NCBI GenBank assembly: GCA_046760505.1 | Contig: JBHIEG010000009.1 | Location: 1-64,000 of the forward strand | DNA: 64,000 nucleotides | Direction of reading: 5' to 3' | Source: Candidatus Hydrothermarchaeota archaeon | GTDB taxonomy: Archaea > CAYFZR01 | Shown here: piece after piece, positions 19,172-29,054 of the stretch | Layout of the letters: every line of letters begins with the position of its first letter | Position numbering within the stretch: position 1 is the stretch's first letter | Notes under the pieces: model-generated | Told to the model about the DNA's origin: nothing | Database searches by the model: none | Seen by the model: only the letters and a program-made list of their open reading frames with translations | Translations under genes and position numbers: made by a program

Positions 19172-19279
19172 TTAAATACCTCCGATGTATTCTATTACAA
19201 TTGCTAGTATCCAAGAGACCATGAAGACTAGCATAAGAATCGCAAACAATTTCTTCTTATTTAGTCTTAGTCTCTTCAC
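19172..19279 (-). CDS. Small single-pass membrane protein (35 aa, not in ORF track)
   Basis: GTG start; MKRLRLNKKKLFAILMLVFMVSWILAIVIEYIGGI; fills the gap exactly, stop abuts the Lsm start. Confidence 0.6.
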   Translation of the reverse strand: MKRLRLNKKKLFAILMLVFMVSWILAIVIEYIGGI

Positions 19280-20243
19280 TTCTTAACCCCGTAATAATGT
19301 CTTCTTCGAAGTTAAATAAAACTTCCTCTTTCGATCCATGTTTCAAAAATAATATATTTTCTTCGATTATTTTCCCTACGCAAGAGGCTGAAAAACCTCC
19401 AGCTTTCAATATATCTATTACCTTGGTAGTTTTTTCTGAATCACAGGTAAATATGAAGCCTGTTCCAGGATAGACTCTGACCCAGTCTTTCATTTCTACC
19501 TCTTTCGGGGCAGGAATTTTTTCTACCTCAACGTAGGCTCCTTTTCTGCTTGTTTCAAGGAGCATGCCTAAAGTTCCTAGAACGCCTGGATTACTTATAT
19601 CCTTGCCTGAGCGAACGAGCGCCTTTTTCGCGAGTAATCTCAGAGAACCATACAACCTTGATATCTCTTCCTTTGATTTTTTTGTGGTAGAATCCCAGTT
19701 CAGCAACTTTGGATAGAATTTCCCATCTAAATCAATTGCAAATATAATGTCGTCACCTATCCTTGCAGAGGAACTCAGTATAATCTCTTCTTTTTTCAGT
19801 GTTCCTATGATTGCCACGTCTATTGAGTTGTACGGAGAATCAGGATGTATGTGTCCTCCTAGCATTGGAACATTAAATTTCGATACTCCATCTCTCATTC
19901 CCTCTATTGCCTTAAAGCAAAATCTCTCGTTTTGCATCGAAACAACATTTACCATACCTATTGGCTCTCCTCCCATGGCATATACGTCATTGACATTTAC
20001 CAGTACTGCACAATAACCCGCCCACCAAGGATCCTTTTTAATTAATCTGTCCCAAACTCCATCTGCCGCAAAGACAAGTAAGTTTTCATCCAAATCGATA
20101 ACAGCCGAATCTTCGCCAAAATCTGCAATGATTCTATCAAAGGAACAATCAGCCTCTTTTAATATATCAACTATGTTGTGGATGGGTTTTTTTCTAAGTA
20201 AGCCTTCATACTCCCTTACTGCTCTCACAATATCTTCAAGCAT
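19257..20243 (-). CDS. Methanogenesis marker protein 2 (PurM/AIR synthase-like)
   Basis: FGEDSAVI, AADG, VNVNDVYAMGG, GGHIHPD, KDISNPG. Confidence 0.85.
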   Translation of the reverse strand: MLEDIVRAVREYEGLLRKKPIHNIVDILKEADCSFDRIIADFGEDSAVIDLDENLLVFAADGVWDRLIKKDPWWAGYCAVLVNVNDVYAMGGEPIGMVNVVSMQNERFCFKAIEGMRDGVSKFNVPMLGGHIHPDSPYNSIDVAIIGTLKKEEIILSSSARIGDDIIFAIDLDGKFYPKLLNWDSTTKKSKEEISRLYGSLRLLAKKALVRSGKDISNPGVLGTLGMLLETSRKGAYVEVEKIPAPKEVEMKDWVRVYPGTGFIFTCDSEKTTKVIDILKAGGFSASCVGKIIEENILFLKHGSKEEVLFNFEEDIITGLRSEETKTK

Positions 20244-20302
20244 AGAAATCGAACCTCTACGAGATAAAAATAAATAGGACTATATAATCTTTGCATGGTG
20301 AG

Positions 20303-20806
20303 ATGATGAGAATATCCATGACCTTAGAGTTGAAGGATGTGCCAGGACAGTTAGTATACGCCTTAGAACCAATTTCTAAGCATAGAGGAAATATAGTGTC
20401 AGTAGTCCATCTTAGGGATAAAAAAACTAGGAAAGAATATGTACCAGTGGAAGTTACCTTTGAGGTAGAAAACAGATCTCAGCTGAATAAAATAAAAAAA
20501 GGGTTAATTGATAGAAAGATAAGGATAGCGAAGATAGGGGAAGAAAGAGGCGAGATAAAGATATCTGTGATTCTGATAGGGCACGTCGTAGACACCGACA
20601 TCAGAGATACGATAGACAGGATAAATGAAGTAGAAGGTGTTACAGTAGCAGACCTGGATTTAGAAATGCCAGATCCATTACAAGAATCATCCGCGCACAT
20701 GACCATAGTTGGTCAATCACAGGATTCTCTGAGAAATGCTTTGAAAGCTTTGGAGGAGGTTGCAGAAGAAAAAGACCTCCTAATAATTAAGTCACTGGAG
20801 AGTTAA
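20303..20806 (+). CDS. ACT-domain allosteric partner of homoserine dehydrogenase
   Basis: [11 protein letters not shown] motif, two ACT units, directly upstream of hom. Confidence 0.85.
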   Translation: MMRISMTLELKDVPGQLVYALEPISKHRGNIVSVVHLRDKKTRKEYVPVEVTFEVENRSQLNKIKKGLIDRKIRIAKIGEERGEIKISVILIGHVVDTDIRDTIDRINEVEGVTVADLDLEMPDPLQESSAHMTIVGQSQDSLRNALKALEEVAEEKDLLIIKSLES

Positions 20807-20807
20807 A

Positions 20808-21827
20808 ATGAACATTGCCTTACTAGGTTTTGGAACCGTAGGTCAGGGGCTTGCCAAGGTAATAAAAGAAAAAAAGGAGACGCTAAAAAAGAGATATTCC
20901 ATGGAAATAAATATAGTTGGAGTGGCTGATAGCAGTGGAGCAGCCCTGAATGAAAATGGATTAGACGTGGATATATTGTTAAAGTCAAAAGAAAAGGGAT
21001 CTGTTTCGAACTACCCGAAATTTGGTAGGGATCTCACAGGATCTGAACTGATAAAGGAGTCCAATGCTGATTTAATAGTTGAGGCAACTCCAACGAATAT
21101 ATCTGATGGAGAACCCGGAAATACGCATATAAGATGTGCGCTAAAGGAAAAAATGCATGTCGTAACATCCAATAAAGGACCACTAGCATTGTTCTTTTCA
21201 GATCTAGTTGGGCTGGCAGAAAGAAACAAGGTAGAATTTAGATATGAAGCCTCAGTTGGAGGAGCAATGCCGATTATAAATCTAGCTAGGGAGACACTGG
21301 CGGGAAACGAGATTCTTGCTATAGTGGGAATATTGAATGGAACGACCAATTACATACTAACAAGAATGTTAAAGGAAGAGGAACCTTTTTCTTATATTTT
21401 GAAGGAGGCCCAAGAATTGGGTATCGCAGAGGCAGATCCGACCTTAGATATTTCTGGCGTTGATACGGCTTGTAAGCTGGTAATCTTGGCAAATACTCTA
21501 ATGAATATGAAGCAAAGTTATAGAGATGTTAAGGTGGAAGGAATAACAAGAATAACTCCAGAAGCGATGGAACTTGCATGGAAGAATGGTTATGTGATCA
21601 AGTTGATCGGAGAGGCAAGAAACTCGAATTTGGAAGTAGGTCCAAGATTGGTTCCTGCTCACCATCCTCTTTCGGTAGAGGGAACACTAAATGTTGCCAT
21701 GTTGGAAACAGACCTTGCTGGAGAAGTTACCGTTGTAGGTAGAGGGGCTGGACAAAAAGAGACTTGCAGCGCGTTGCTGAGTGACATCATCGCCATTCAC
21801 AAAAAAATGCTAAGCGAGATACGATAA
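20808..21827 (+). CDS. hom: Homoserine dehydrogenase
   Basis: [39 protein letters not shown]. Confidence 0.95.
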   Translation: MNIALLGFGTVGQGLAKVIKEKKETLKKRYSMEINIVGVADSSGAALNENGLDVDILLKSKEKGSVSNYPKFGRDLTGSELIKESNADLIVEATPTNISDGEPGNTHIRCALKEKMHVVTSNKGPLALFFSDLVGLAERNKVEFRYEASVGGAMPIINLARETLAGNEILAIVGILNGTTNYILTRMLKEEEPFSYILKEAQELGIAEADPTLDISGVDTACKLVILANTLMNMKQSYRDVKVEGITRITPEAMELAWKNGYVIKLIGEARNSNLEVGPRLVPAHHPLSVEGTLNVAMLETDLAGEVTVVGRGAGQKETCSALLSDIIAIHKKMLSEIR

Positions 21828-21876
21828 GTTTTTGTATTTTTTTAATTGTTTACACAATATGTAAACATACCAAAAA

Positions 21877-22704
21877 TCAAACCAATTTTATTATGATTTT
21901 CTTATGCTCCACGCCTAAACTCTCTGCAACTGAGAGACACTTTGCCTTCAGAACATACAGAAGCCTGCCGGAGAGTTTTCCCTCGCACTCCGAGAGAACT
22001 TCATAGTTTCCCATCCCCTTGCTTATAATAAGATCGGCTTCTCCAAATAACTTTAAAAAATCTTTATCAGCCTCTTCAAAGTTTACTCCAACGGATTTTC
22101 CAGCAGATAAAACAGGAGCGTCTGTAAATTCTTTTACTTCTTCAATCGTCACATCGTTTATTACAGGAACCTCTTTTGCTGCAATAAAGACCTCTTTATC
22201 TCTTTTTTTCAGCTCTTCTATGAGGAGGAGATCGAATATGAATTCTCCTGCATTGTCTGTAAGAAACAATATTTTCTGAGAGTTTTCGATTTTGTCTATA
22301 ATCAGATCCGGAACAGGAATGTCCTTTCTCAAAGAGTTCTCAATCGATTCTAACGCAAACTCGTGCCCTAGAACACCAAACTCTATTGCGTTTGCAGAGG
22401 CTGAAAGAGAAATTAACTCATTGAGGTTTCTGTACTTAATGTTCTTGGAGATTTCTAGGGCTATTTTATTGGTAATTTCTTTCAGTTCTTTGTATGGATC
22501 AGGATTCTTTGTAACTTCTTTTATGATCCTATCCCTCATTGTTCCTAGGTGTGCAGGTACCTTGTCCCTAGAAATATTATTTGACAGAAATGCGGTAAAC
22601 CTTTTTAAGATTTCAAAGTGCAAGTTTTCGTCTTCAGTTGCAAGTTCACCCTCTATTATAGCCCTTCTTATCAAACACGATATGCATCTTGGTTTTATCT
22701 TCAT
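21877..22704 (-). CDS. DUF89/ARMT1-like damage-control phosphatase
   Basis: CISC N-terminus, DPYKELK, DNAGE, NDVT, KGMGNYE, KAKC. Confidence 0.88.
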   Translation of the reverse strand: MKIKPRCISCLIRRAIIEGELATEDENLHFEILKRFTAFLSNNISRDKVPAHLGTMRDRIIKEVTKNPDPYKELKEITNKIALEISKNIKYRNLNELISLSASANAIEFGVLGHEFALESIENSLRKDIPVPDLIIDKIENSQKILFLTDNAGEFIFDLLLIEELKKRDKEVFIAAKEVPVINDVTIEEVKEFTDAPVLSAGKSVGVNFEEADKDFLKLFGEADLIISKGMGNYEVLSECEGKLSGRLLYVLKAKCLSVAESLGVEHKKIIIKLV

Positions 22705-22728
22705 GATCACACCTCTAAAATGTAAAAA

Positions 22729-23829
22729 TTAGGTAGACTTCTTCATAGCCTTTAAAACCTCTTGCATACCCTCTTTGGCGTCTAGATTCTCCTGATCAAT
22801 CTTCAAAGCCATTTCAAATGATTTAAGGGCTTCTTCATACATTCCCAAATCTTTCAGAGAATAACCTTTGCTGGACCATGCATCAGAAAGGTTTGGTTTC
22901 AGTTCCAAAGCTTTATCGAAGCATTTTATTGATTCACCAAGCATTTCCAAGGAGTATAGAGCAACACCCTTGCTGAACCATGCTATTTCATCTTCAGGAT
23001 CTAATTCTATGGCTTTGTCAAAACATTCTAATGCCTCTTCGTACCTGCACTGGTTTAGGAGGTAAGTTCCTTTGTTCTTCCACGCATGAGTATAGTTGGG
23101 GTTTATTTCCAGGGCCTTATCGTATGATTCAATACATCTCTCATCTCCTTTACTATAGAGAGTCAGACCCCTATAGTTCCATGCCTCAGCATCTTTGGGA
23201 TCAAGTTCTAGTGCTCTCTCAAAACTTGTCAGCGCCTGAGTTAGCATTCCCTGATTGAGCAAAACGAGCCCCTTACCCTTCCAAGCCAACCCGTACTCCG
23301 GATTTATCTTTATGGCTTGCTCATAGCATTTCACCGATTCGTCTAATCTTCCTAGGTTGTAGAGAGCATATCCCTTACTGCTCCATGATCTGTAGTTATC
23401 GGGATTTAACTCCAATGCCTTGTCATAACAAATCAGAGACTCGTCATATCTTCCCAACTCTTGGAGAGAATCTCCCTTATCTCGCCATGCGTTAGCATAG
23501 TTTGAATCTATTTCTATTGCTTTTTCATAACAATCCAGTGCTTCTCCTAATTTACCCAGAAAATGAAGTGAGATACCTTTATTATACCAGGCTTTAGCAT
23601 TCTCTGGATTTATATTAATTACCCTTTCGTAGCATTCTATTGCTTCTTCATACTTTCCTATAACGAGAAAAGTTTCTCCTTTGTAGTTCCAAGCCTCTTC
23701 ATCTTCAGGATTCAATTCTATGGCTTTATCAAAGCATTTTATTGCCTCATCATAATTTTCCCTTCCATAAAGGGAGATGCCCTTATCCTTCCAATTTTTT
23801 ACTTTCATCGAGATCACCTCAAAGTTCAC
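22729..23829 (-). CDS. Tetratricopeptide repeat protein (~10 TPRs)
   Basis: Repeated W..KG..L...G..EEA..C.DKA.E..P units. Confidence 0.9.
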   Translation of the reverse strand: MNFEVISMKVKNWKDKGISLYGRENYDEAIKCFDKAIELNPEDEEAWNYKGETFLVIGKYEEAIECYERVININPENAKAWYNKGISLHFLGKLGEALDCYEKAIEIDSNYANAWRDKGDSLQELGRYDESLICYDKALELNPDNYRSWSSKGYALYNLGRLDESVKCYEQAIKINPEYGLAWKGKGLVLLNQGMLTQALTSFERALELDPKDAEAWNYRGLTLYSKGDERCIESYDKALEINPNYTHAWKNKGTYLLNQCRYEEALECFDKAIELDPEDEIAWFSKGVALYSLEMLGESIKCFDKALELKPNLSDAWSSKGYSLKDLGMYEEALKSFEMALKIDQENLDAKEGMQEVLKAMKKST

Positions 23830-24463
23830 TCAACATCCTCTGACAAATACGCCTTAAGGAATGACTCGGAGGAATAGGATTGAAGTAAGGTTTACACTTT
23901 CCCTTCTTTATCATGCTCAGTACTTCGTCTTCATTGTTTGCCTCCAACAAGGTAAACCCTCTGCCTACCTCGTCTAGGAAATGAGCATCGCTTCCTCCAG
24001 TCATAGGCAGTTTGTTTTTTCTTGCATAAAGGGTTGAGAAAAAATTGTTTATACGAAAGAAATCTTTTGAATTATGTGTTTCTATAGCATCAATGTTTAT
24101 TTTTCCTATACGGTGGAGTAGACTTTTTCTTAGAAGAGAATAGGGATGTGGAGCGATTTTTAATCCGTTTTGTTTTTCTATCTCATCCTCTATTTCCTTT
24201 AGGCCCAGATTATTGTTTATTTCTTCGTATATTCCTAAAGCAATTAAGTGACCACTCTTGGTGGATAACTCTACTCCCGGCACGACGATTAGACCTTCAA
24301 AATCTTTTTTAAGTTTGATCGCCTCTAATGAACCCTTTAACGAGTTATGATCTGCTATACAAATTCCATCTAAGCCTATTTTCTTACAAACCTTCAATAT
24401 TTCCCTTACCTTAGTGCGTGAATCGCTTGAATAGATACTGTGTACATGGAGATCATACCTCAT
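23819..24463 (-). CDS. PHP domain phosphoesterase
   Basis: DLHVHS, ADHN, GVE, PHP, GGSDAH. Confidence 0.9.
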   Translation of the reverse strand: MRYDLHVHSIYSSDSRTKVREILKVCKKIGLDGICIADHNSLKGSLEAIKLKKDFEGLIVVPGVELSTKSGHLIALGIYEEINNNLGLKEIEDEIEKQNGLKIAPHPYSLLRKSLLHRIGKINIDAIETHNSKDFFRINNFFSTLYARKNKLPMTGGSDAHFLDEVGRGFTLLEANNEDEVLSMIKKGKCKPYFNPIPPSHSLRRICQRMLSEL

Positions 24464-25038
24464 TTTAACATCCTCACACCGTACCACATTCTCTGAATCA
24501 TTGTGAAGTAAGCTAGTAGAACAACCAGAAGCACGCCTATGCTCAACTCATCTATAATAGAAAATAAAACAATTATCAGAATTCTTTCAGCCCTTTCTCC
24601 CAGTCCAATTCCGGTTTTTTCTATTCCAAGCGCATCAAGCTTGGCTCTCGTATAACTGACCATTATGGAGGCATGTAACGCTAAAGCACCCCATACAAAT
24701 CCAGGTATTCCCAAGAAGCCAGATATTCCACCAACTATTATGCCAATAAATACCAAGCCCTCAACTATCTTGTCCAGAACAGAGTCAATGAAAGATCCAA
24801 GAGAAGTTGCTTTTTTTAAAAATCTTGCCAGAGAACCATCGATAACATCTAAAGAAGCGGAAATAAGAAGCATAATCCCACCGATTAATTCTAAGTTTAC
24901 TGCATAGCAGTAACTTGCAAATAGACCAAATACTAGCGTTAGAACAGTCAATAAATTTGGAGTTATCCCAATTCTCGCAAGCAAGGGCATTAAAGGTTCG
25001 AGATATGCTTCTACTTCTTCCCTATATTTTCCAATCAT
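24460..25038 (-). CDS. pgsA: CDP-alcohol phosphatidyltransferase (probable archaetidylinositol phosphate synthase)
   Basis: TPNLLT, DVIDGSLAR, GSFIDSVLD, SYTRAK, ERAER. Confidence 0.85.
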   Translation of the reverse strand: MIGKYREEVEAYLEPLMPLLARIGITPNLLTVLTLVFGLFASYCYAVNLELIGGIMLLISASLDVIDGSLARFLKKATSLGSFIDSVLDKIVEGLVFIGIIVGGISGFLGIPGFVWGALALHASIMVSYTRAKLDALGIEKTGIGLGERAERILIIVLFSIIDELSIGVLLVVLLAYFTMIQRMWYGVRMLK

Positions 25039-25078
25039 GATTTAAAGTATATCAAGAATATTTAAATAAGGTGTGATT

Positions 25079-26614
25079 ATGAGGATCTTAGCAGTAACCG
25101 GACAATTTGCTAAGGAAGATGTAAGGAGATTTTCAAAGGATTATGACGTAGATGTTATTGATTTGCCTGTAACAGTTGCGGCGTTCCTGACACCAAAAAA
25201 AATAGCCTCTTATCTAAAACAAAAAGACGTTACAAGGTACGATTTTTTGCTGACCCCTGGTTTGGTCAGGGGAGACGTTGGATATATAGAAAGGGAGCTA
25301 GGCATTCCAACCTACAAGGGACCTAGAACTGCTGCAGATTTACCTGTTTTGTTGAGTTTAATAGAAAGATTCAAAAAGGTAAAATTATCGAAAACAGTTC
25401 CTGCATGTGTATTTATAAAAGAGAAACTCGAAAAAGAGATAAAAAAAGAAATAGACAGGTACAGAGAAGACAGGGAATTAATAAACAATCTTCTGGGTAG
25501 AGAAGGTAATTTTTTAATCAAAGACTTGCCATTAGGCAAAGATTTTCCAATGAGGGTGCTAGCAGAGGTTGTAAATGCCCCAATTCTAAAGAAAAGAGAG
25601 CTTATAGCGAAAGTAGAGTATTATATTTCCAATGGAGCCGACATGATAGATTTAGGTATGATTGCAGGGGAAGATTATGCGAAGAAGGCCGGAAAACTCG
25701 TAAAGATAGTTAAGGATAATTTTGATTGTCCGGTCAGTATAGATTCAATGAACCCTGAAGAAATATGGTCTGGGGTAAATAAAGGTGCTGATTTAGTATT
25801 AAGCGGAGACAAAAGCAATCTGGATGATCTCAGTGGTATTGATGTTCCAGTGGTCATAGTTCCAACAGACTACTCTAGGGAATACGTGCCCCATAAATTT
25901 GAGGAGAGGATTAAATTGCTAAAAGAGAACATAGATATTGCCTTGAGGAATAAAATTTTTCCTATAGCAGACCCACTTTTGGATCCAATTCATTCTACGA
26001 GTCTAAGTGAGTCTATAGCAACATGTGTTTTATTTAGAAGAGAATTTAAAAACATTCCTTTATTTTTTGGTTTAGGAAATGTTACAGAATTGTTAGATGC
26101 CGATTCCCCGGGTGCAACCGCTGTTCTAGCGGGAATAGCCTCTGAACTGGACGCTTGCATACTATTTGCTCCAGAGGCAAGTGATAAGACAAGAAAAAAT
26201 ATAAGAGAACTTTCTATCGCATCAAAGATGATGTTTATATCAAAAATAAGGAGGTCTCCACCAAAAGACATAGGAATAGATTTGCTAACGATAAAAGAAA
26301 AAAGAAAAAAAGGAGAAACACTTGATATTGATGTAACAAAGGTAGAAGCAAAAGAGAAGAAAGGATACAGACTGGATCCTGCAGGTATTTTTAGAATAAT
26401 CGTAGACAACCGTATAAGGGCGATACACTTCCTTAACGGCAAGCCTACGCTAGAAATAGTGGGAGAAAATGCCAAGGAGATATGCGACGAAATAATGAGG
26501 AGAAATTTAGTATCAATGTTAGATCATGCTTTTTACTTGGGAAGAGAACTTTGTAAAGCAGAGATAGCCTTAAAATTAGATAAAAGTTATATCCAGGACC
26601 TTCCTCTCTTCTGA
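25079..26614 (+). CDS. Dihydropteroate synthase-like pterin-binding protein with C-terminal DUF4346
   Basis: GADMIDLG, SIDS, GNVTELLDADS, DPAGIF, HAFYLGRELCKAE...YIQD. Confidence 0.85.
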   Translation: MRILAVTGQFAKEDVRRFSKDYDVDVIDLPVTVAAFLTPKKIASYLKQKDVTRYDFLLTPGLVRGDVGYIERELGIPTYKGPRTAADLPVLLSLIERFKKVKLSKTVPACVFIKEKLEKEIKKEIDRYREDRELINNLLGREGNFLIKDLPLGKDFPMRVLAEVVNAPILKKRELIAKVEYYISNGADMIDLGMIAGEDYAKKAGKLVKIVKDNFDCPVSIDSMNPEEIWSGVNKGADLVLSGDKSNLDDLSGIDVPVVIVPTDYSREYVPHKFEERIKLLKENIDIALRNKIFPIADPLLDPIHSTSLSESIATCVLFRREFKNIPLFFGLGNVTELLDADSPGATAVLAGIASELDACILFAPEASDKTRKNIRELSIASKMMFISKIRRSPPKDIGIDLLTIKEKRKKGETLDIDVTKVEAKEKKGYRLDPAGIFRIIVDNRIRAIHFLNGKPTLEIVGENAKEICDEIMRRNLVSMLDHAFYLGRELCKAEIALKLDKSYIQDLPLF

Positions 26615-26619
26615 AATTT

Positions 26620-27453
26620 CTATATCCAAAAATCATCGACATCTTTAATTTTTTTCCAGTTATCAAAGGATGAAGTCCAAACTAAATCGTGTACGGTTAA
26701 TCTACCTTCTCTTATCCACTCCTTAACAGTCTTTAGATCAACAGGACCATACTTTCTTCCTTCTTTAAAAACATACCAAGTTTGAGGCTTTTCTGGTTTT
26801 TTTACGGAATCCCTGATTTTTTGTACAATTATTGCATCATCTTTTTCGAGATAGGTCCATGGCTCTCTCACCTTCCAGGTGATCTTTCCGCATATCGGGG
26901 GCTCAGGATAGGCTCCAGGATCATACAATCTATAACCCATGAATTCGGTTGGCTCCTCTTGATAACAAGACCGAACCGCTTCCCTTATCACATCAGGGCT
27001 TCCTTCGTTTAGAAGATCGATTAAAGTTATTTGATTCCTGAACCTTTCGATGGCTTCTATTTTTACATTATAGAGAAAAGGGGTTGGGGCTTCTGTACCA
27101 ATTATTTTTCTTTTTTTGTCCACTCCGTTTTTTATAAAGGCTATAAAAGCATCTCCTGTTAGATGTCCCAAAGATTCTCTTCCGCAGAGAATTATGTATC
27201 GGATGTTGGGGTTCGCCACCACGTTTGTTATGATCTTTTCTATTCCTATGTTTTCTGTTTGTAACATTCCGGCCAATGCTGCGCCAGTTTCTATAGAAAC
27301 CCTGACGATTTCTTCTAGATATAGAGGTATTTCTGTGTCCCATGTATTGAGAATCGCAACAACAGCCACGGGAGAATAATCGTTTCCTCTCAGATATCTT
27401 CCTTCTTCGGGAGGGTAATCTGGACAGGGCTTTACCTTCAGTATCTCCTCCAC
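26620..27453 (-). CDS. mtrA: Stand-alone MtrA-like corrinoid protein with C-terminal GYF_2 domain
   Basis: SPVAVV, TENIGIEKIITNVVANPNIRY, GHLTG, AIERFRNQI; C-terminal WY...YGP...W.....W. Confidence 0.8.
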   Translation of the reverse strand: MEEILKVKPCPDYPPEEGRYLRGNDYSPVAVVAILNTWDTEIPLYLEEIVRVSIETGAALAGMLQTENIGIEKIITNVVANPNIRYIILCGRESLGHLTGDAFIAFIKNGVDKKRKIIGTEAPTPFLYNVKIEAIERFRNQITLIDLLNEGSPDVIREAVRSCYQEEPTEFMGYRLYDPGAYPEPPICGKITWKVREPWTYLEKDDAIIVQKIRDSVKKPEKPQTWYVFKEGRKYGPVDLKTVKEWIREGRLTVHDLVWTSSFDNWKKIKDVDDFWI

Positions 27454-27600
27454 CTATATCTTTTCTTTAATTAATTTTACTTAAGACTTACAAGTGGTTA
27501 AGATCTTTCGTAACTAAAATCATGGATAAGAGTCCTTGCATGATTTTTACGGTAAAAAAGGAGCAAAGATCACCGATGTAGATCTTTTGTTAAAAGAAGT

Positions 27601-27816
27601 TTAGCACTTTTCTGTCTCTATATATTCTAATTTCAAGACTCCGTTCTTACATCCTTCAACACATATGGTACACATATCTCGCTGGCAGCATTTTTCAACA
27701 TCGACCTTGAATTCTATACCATCGTACTCAATAGCCCCTAGAGGACATGTGTTTACACAAATCATGCACATGCTGCAATTTTTTTTGTCAGTTAACCTTG
27801 GTATGGCAACTTCCAT
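27601..27816 (-). CDS. 2x[4Fe-4S] ferredoxin
   Basis: CSMCMICVNTCP and CCQRDMCTICVEGC. Confidence 0.85.
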   Translation of the reverse strand: MEVAIPRLTDKKNCSMCMICVNTCPLGAIEYDGIEFKVDVEKCCQRDMCTICVEGCKNGVLKLEYIETEKC

Positions 27817-27826
27817 TTAATTAGCC

Positions 27827-28486
27827 TCATGGCACCTCTTTTTTGTGGAGGATCCAAGGGATCGTAATACTGAGTATGTATTCTCCCCATTCCTCAGAAA
27901 TCCTTAATGCTTCTTTTATATTCTCAATAAATTCTTTGTAGTCATTTTTTTCAAAAGATTTGACCGAATCATCTGTTTTTTTATCTAAAATCTCTAAATA
28001 TCCTATGGATTTCTCACACCAGTTTTTTGAAGGAGCTATCTTTTTTGAATTTTCGATCTGACTCTTTAAAATATTTAGAAGTGATTTCATGATGTTTTCT
28101 TTGAGTATATCTTCCTTGAAGGTTTCTAGGATTTCCAATATACACTTTAGGGAGGTAGAAATACTGGTGTTCCTGATTAAAAGAGATTGCATTCTTTCCC
28201 ATGTCATAGCTGTTTTCACCTTTAATTCGTGGGCTCGCTCTACCATGCTTCTTAGTTTGTCTGCATCTGGAACTCCAACAATTGCTAGTTTATTGTCTAT
28301 CGCAATGCTGGGTACTCCAGGTATTCCATATTCCATTGCTTTTTTCTGACCCTTTTCCGTGGCTGTGTTTAATAAAACATACTCCAGTTTATCAGACATC
28401 TCATTGGCTATCTCTTTTACCACGTCCTCTGCATATGGACAGTATGGACATGTGGGCGAGATAAATAGTTCGAGCAATACCTTCAC
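27827..28486 (-). CDS. Thioredoxin (CPYC) fused to an uncharacterised helical domain
   Basis: GTG at 28486 after GGTGG; SPTCPYCP, GVPSIAID; the ORF-track extension to 28774 is spurious (overlaps the opposite-strand gene). Confidence 0.75.
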   Translation of the reverse strand: MKVLLELFISPTCPYCPYAEDVVKEIANEMSDKLEYVLLNTATEKGQKKAMEYGIPGVPSIAIDNKLAIVGVPDADKLRSMVERAHELKVKTAMTWERMQSLLIRNTSISTSLKCILEILETFKEDILKENIMKSLLNILKSQIENSKKIAPSKNWCEKSIGYLEILDKKTDDSVKSFEKNDYKEFIENIKEALRISEEWGEYILSITIPWILHKKEVP

Positions 28487-28574
28487 GACTACCACCTTCT
28501 GTTCATATTTATTGAACAATAGTGAATTAGGATAAGTATTTATACTTTCCCCCTTAGATAACTTTGTGATCTTT

Positions 28575-29045
28575 ATGACCGAGCTATCTCCCTTAAGCAT
28601 ATTGATGAAACTTCCCAAGACTAATTGTAAAAAGTGTGGATTACCAACATGCATGGCCTTCGCAGTCTCATTGATCCAAAGGAAGAAGGAGTTGGAAGAA
28701 TGTACTCCCTTGTTCGAAGATGCTAAGTACGCTAAGAACAGGGAAGAATTACAGGAGATGTTAAAACCCCTCAAAGAAGTAAGTACAGAAACCGGTTTGA
28801 TAGTTAACGAAGATCTGTGCTTTGGATGTGGAAACTGCGTTATAGCATGTCCAGTTAATGTGGCGGAAGAGCCTTACAGGGTAGGACAGGGAAAAGGACC
28901 CCAATCTGATAAGTATATATTACACACTGAAGATGGCGTTGTAAAAGCTATAAATGTAAAATCCTGCAGACGCTTTGGTGAACACAGAGTTTTGTGCGAG
29001 GCATGTATTGTAACTTGTCCAAGCAAAGCCATAAAGTTTGTTTGA
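28575..29045 (+). CDS. Fe-S protein: FeS domain plus 2x[4Fe-4S] ferredoxin (FwdG-like)
   Basis: LPKTNCKKCGLPTCMAFA...C; CFGCGNCVIACP; C...CEACIVTCP. Confidence 0.8.
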   Translation: MTELSPLSILMKLPKTNCKKCGLPTCMAFAVSLIQRKKELEECTPLFEDAKYAKNREELQEMLKPLKEVSTETGLIVNEDLCFGCGNCVIACPVNVAEEPYRVGQGKGPQSDKYILHTEDGVVKAINVKSCRRFGEHRVLCEACIVTCPSKAIKFV

Positions 29046-29054
29046 GGTCTCTTT

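Noticed and set aside
28487-28774. ORF-track N-terminal extensions (also 14275-14388, 41556-41798, 59009-59095)
   Set aside because: They overlap opposite-strand genes, neighbouring genes or promoters; better starts with RBS or matching domain boundaries exist downstream.
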